A stretch of 28,297 bases of DNA from Chloroflexota bacterium (lineage in GTDB: Bacteria; Chloroflexota; Limnocylindria; Limnocylindrales; CSP1-4): NCBI GenBank assembly GCA_041299865.1, contig JBFYUV010000154.1:1-28297 (forward strand), in the 5' to 3' direction. Positions 25,399-28,297 of this stretch are shown one piece after another. A program made the translations under genes and the position numbers. Positions within the stretch are counted from its first letter, which is position 1. Each line of letters opens with the position of its first letter. The notes under the pieces are model-generated. The model was not told the DNA's origin, searched no databases, and worked only from the letters and a program-made list of their open reading frames with translations.

Positions 25399-26233
25399 AC
25401 CGAGCCACGAGGATGGCCCGGTGACTTCCGGAGCTATAGGGTATGGATAGATGGTCCCCCCAGAGGTCCACGCTGTCATAGCCCGATCCCAGGGCCAGAT
25501 CGGCGAGGTGCGTCGCGGAGACGAGGTGCAGGGTGTCGGTCCGGGTCACGCGGGCAAGCGGCCCGCCATGAGCCGGCGTCCACTCGAAGACCTGGCAGAG
25601 CGTCACGCTGGAGGCCTCGGCATCGTGGCGCGCGCTCACGAGCTTGGCGACGAGGTCGCCGCTCTCCGGCTCGTGCCGCAGCCACTCAACCTGGAGGCGC
25701 CCATCGAAGTCGGCCAACTCGTCGTCACCAGGCGTGCTGAACTCGACCACGGCGATGCCACCAGGTCGCAGCTGCTCGCGCATGGCCCGGAGCAGCGCCA
25801 CGCGGGCCTGATCGTCCTCGGCCAACAGGAACGTGTTCACCGCGATGAAGACCATGGTGAAGCGCTCGCTGGTCCGGAAGGCCGTGAAGTCACCCTCGTG
25901 CAGGCTGAGCCGCTCGCGCTCGATGGGACCGCGAACGAGGTCCCAGCGTGCCCACGCCCGCTCCAGCATGGCGCCATCGTGGTCAACGCCGACGACGCGG
26001 TGGCCTGCCATGGCAAGCGGGATGGCCAGCCGGCCGCTGCCGACGGCCAGCTCGAGGACGGGCCCGCCCGACTCATGGGCCAGCCGCTGGTAGAGCTCCG
26101 CGTCATAGGAGACGTCCAGCACGTCCAGGTCGTAGAAGCGCGCCAGCGCCTCCGCGCGCTGCCGCTCGGTCAGGCCGGCGGCTGCTGCCGCGCGGTCGGG
26201 TCTGGCTAGCCTGGCCTTCGGCAGTGCGTCCAT
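25391..26233 (-). CDS. Class I SAM-dependent methyltransferase (280 aa)
   Basis: ARFYDLD, VLELAVGSGRLA (motif I), VVGVD, LHEGDF, MVFIAVNTF, LRPGGIAVVE. Confidence 0.85.
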   Translation of the reverse strand: MDALPKARLARPDRAAAAAGLTERQRAEALARFYDLDVLDVSYDAELYQRLAHESGGPVLELAVGSGRLAIPLAMAGHRVVGVDHDGAMLERAWARWDLVRGPIERERLSLHEGDFTAFRTSERFTMVFIAVNTFLLAEDDQARVALLRAMREQLRPGGIAVVEFSTPGDDELADFDGRLQVEWLRHEPESGDLVAKLVSARHDAEASSVTLCQVFEWTPAHGGPLARVTRTDTLHLVSATHLADLALGSGYDSVDLWGDHLSIPYSSGSHRAILVARLV

Positions 26234-26308
26234 GGTCGGGTGCCTATTGTGACCACGTTCCGTGGAGCGGGCCAGCCAGGACTCCGAGCCGATAGCGTCC
26301 CGGGCAGC

Positions 26309-26665
26309 TCAACGCCGTAGCGTGAACGCGACTTCCACCAGGACCGCACCGACTACCAGGAAGAGCACCACCGGCAACGAGACCGCATCGAGGACCCTGA
26401 GGACGACCAGGATGCTCACGACCAGTCCCGCCAGGCCGGCCCGCCGGCCGGCCGCGACCAGCGAGCCCGGGGACTCGCGGCGCATGGACCAGAGAAGCGG
26501 CCAGGCGGTCAGCGACACGGCGGCGCCGAGGCTGAGGGCGCCCAGCAGCTGCGCCCCGGCATCGCCGATGGGGGACACCGTCAGGACGATGATGACCACG
26601 CCCAACCAGGCGATGAGCGCTGCCACCACGAGGACGAGGGTGATGCTTCGATCGCGGGCCGACAC
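26309..26665 (-). CDS. Small four-helix membrane protein of unknown function (about 118 aa)
   Basis: Four hydrophobic stretches separated by Arg clusters (MRRES, GRRAG, LRR). TACACT (26678-26673) lies 7 nt before GTG 26665. Confidence 0.7.
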   Translation of the reverse strand: MSARDRSITLVLVVAALIAWLGVVIIVLTVSPIGDAGAQLLGALSLGAAVSLTAWPLLWSMRRESPGSLVAAGRRAGLAGLVVSILVVLRVLDAVSLPVVLFLVVGAVLVEVAFTLRR

Positions 26666-26689
26666 CGGCCGGAGTGTAGACCTCACCGC

Positions 26690-28297
26690 TCACGGCGCGG
26701 CAGGGCAGATGCGCCGGTACGGGCACCAGTCGCAGGCCGGAAAGCCGGGTGTGGCTTCGAAGTCCGCGGCACGGATGCCCGCCGTGGCCGTCGCCACCTT
26801 CTGACTGGCGCGCTCCAGCTGCCGTTCCGTCGGCGTCACCCGGCCGACCATGTCTCCCTCCAGGAAGTGCAGCTCCACGGCGTCCGGTCGCGAACCGTGC
26901 TCCGCCTCCCAGGCCAGCGCGTAGATCTGGAGCTGCAGCGCATCTCGCGCGCGCTCACGAGCCCGTGCCGGGTCGCGGACGTCACCGGACTTGTAGTCGG
27001 TGATGACCGTGGCGCCCTCGACCTCGCGCACCGCGTCATAGCGACCGCGGACCCGGGCGTCCCCGAGGCGAACGGAGAAGGGCTGCTCCACCGCCAGGAC
27101 CCGCTCTCCGGGACGGGCGAGGGTGCGCTCGACGAAGCGACTGAGCGCGGCCTGGCCAGCCGCGAACCGCGCCGACTCGTGCTCCGCGGAGAGGAAGCCC
27201 TCGCTGCTCCAGTGGCCCTCCAGGGTGGCTTGCACGGCAGCCTCGTCCAGCCCAGTGCCGCGCATGAGGGCCGCGTTGGCCACAGCGACGGCCTGGTGCA
27301 TGGCGTTGCCGAAGACCAGCGCGTGGTGAGCCGGCGCGGGAACCCGCACCAGGTGCCGGAAGTAGTACTTGCGCGGGCACGAGAGGTAGTCGTCGATTTG
27401 GGTGAAGCTCAGGGTCAGTCCGGAGCCGCGGTCATGGGACGTGGCAAGCGTGGAGGGCACAGTGCGCGGTTCGACCGGCGCAGCCAGGCGACCCTCATCC
27501 CCGGCGGCTAGGGAAGCATCCACGGGCCGGCCAAGCGCTTCTGCCAGGAACCCGGAGGGCCGACGCTGGCGCCCACCGCGAGCACTGCGCACGGCATGGC
27601 TGAGGATGAGCTCATCCCGAGCGCGCGTCACGGCCACATAGAAGAGCCGGCGTTCCTCCGCGCGCTGCGTCTCCGGGTCATCCGAGGCCCGGCGACCGGT
27701 GAGTGCCGCAGGCAGGGTGAGGGCATCGCGGCGAGACGGGAGCGGGAAGCGACCCTCAGCCATGCCGATGACGAAGACGGTGGCGAACTCCAGCCCCTTG
27801 GCCTGGTGCACGGTGAGCACAGACACGGCATCCGCCCGCTCCTCTGTCTCCGGCACGGCGGGGTCCTGTCCGGCATCGATCAGCGCCTGGAGGGTTGGCA
27901 CGAGCAGCGGCAGTCGCGGGTCGCCCAGCAGGTCGGACTGCGCCTTGACGACCTCGAAGAGCCGGGCCACCCGGCGCAGCGGGCCATCGTCGCCGCTCTC
28001 TGCCCGTGTCACCAGCGAGTGCAGCCAGCCGCTCTCGCGCAGGTGCTCGTACAGCACGGCCGGGGCAGAGCGTTCGTGGGCGCCCTCCAGCGACGCCCGC
28101 AGCTGATCGACGCAGCGCTGCAGGCGGGCCCGCGTATCAGGAGTGAGGCGCAACAGGCCGGGCTGCTCGAGCAGCTCGGTGGCGACCGACCAGAGACTGC
28201 GCCGGCGACGACTGGCCAGATCGCAGATCGCGGACAGATCCTCTCCGCCGAGGCCATATGGCTCAGCGGTGAGGACGGCGTAGAGGTCCTCCGATGA
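26690..28297 (-). CDS. C-terminal part of a UvrD-like helicase fused to a RecB-family PD-(D/E)xK nuclease with four Cys (AdnA/AdnB/AddAB-like); 5' end outside the window
   Basis: The frame stays open to base 28297 (SSEDLYAVLT...). Motifs: LTVHQAKGLEF, EERRLFYVAVTRAR, LSFTQIDDYLSCPRKY, RGRYDAV, ITDYKSG, QLQIYALA, CDWCPYRRICP. Confidence 0.9.
   Translation of the reverse strand, partial: SSEDLYAVLTAEPYGLGGEDLSAICDLASRRRRSLWSVATELLEQPGLLRLTPDTRARLQRCVDQLRASLEGAHERSAPAVLYEHLRESGWLHSLVTRAESGDDGPLRRVARLFEVVKAQSDLLGDPRLPLLVPTLQALIDAGQDPAVPETEERADAVSVLTVHQAKGLEFATVFVIGMAEGRFPLPSRRDALTLPAALTGRRASDDPETQRAEERRLFYVAVTRARDELILSHAVRSARGGRQRRPSGFLAEALGRPVDASLAAGDEGRLAAPVEPRTVPSTLATSHDRGSGLTLSFTQIDDYLSCPRKYYFRHLVRVPAPAHHALVFGNAMHQAVAVANAALMRGTGLDEAAVQATLEGHWSSEGFLSAEHESARFAAGQAALSRFVERTLARPGERVLAVEQPFSVRLGDARVRGRYDAVREVEGATVITDYKSGDVRDPARARERARDALQLQIYALAWEAEHGSRPDAVELHFLEGDMVGRVTPTERQLERASQKVATATAGIRAADFEATPGFPACDWCPYRRICPAAP

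Overview
A high-GC (about 70% by eye), gene-dense bacterial chromosome segment with no mobile element, CRISPR array or RNA gene that I can support. Gene content and protein style suggest a Chloroflexota-like organism (inference only). Left to right: an FtsB/DivIC-like gene divergent from a coupled MrfA(YprA/SftH)-MrfB(YprB) DNA-repair pair with a Gram-positive-type LexA-box-like site; an Opu/ProU-family ABC importer (ATPase-CBS, two permeases, binding protein); an about 10.3 kb myo-inositol utilisation island (iolB-[transaldolase-family gene]-iolD-iolE on the minus strand; LacI regulator, iolG and a sugar ABC importer on the plus strand); a PfkB kinase; a very acidic small protein; and a long minus-strand run (UvrD/RecB-nuclease fusion truncated by the window edge, 4-TM protein, SAM methyltransferase, receiver-CpaE/MinD ATPase, murI, zincin, D-2-hydroxyacid dehydrogenase, ychF). 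The main lead is that the inositol operon has no recognisable IolC kinase or IolJ aldolase. Instead a transaldolase/FSA-fold enzyme with an unusual active-site signature sits between iolB and iolD. This suggests a kinase-independent route that cleaves unphosphorylated 5-dehydro-2-deoxygluconate, analogous to the sulfo-TAL pathway. It is a hypothesis from gene context and motifs, not a demonstrated activity. Several start codons were moved from the ORF track using Shine-Dalgarno sites, GTGA/ATGA overlaps or a recurring TANNNT-N6-8-start (leaderless-like) pattern.
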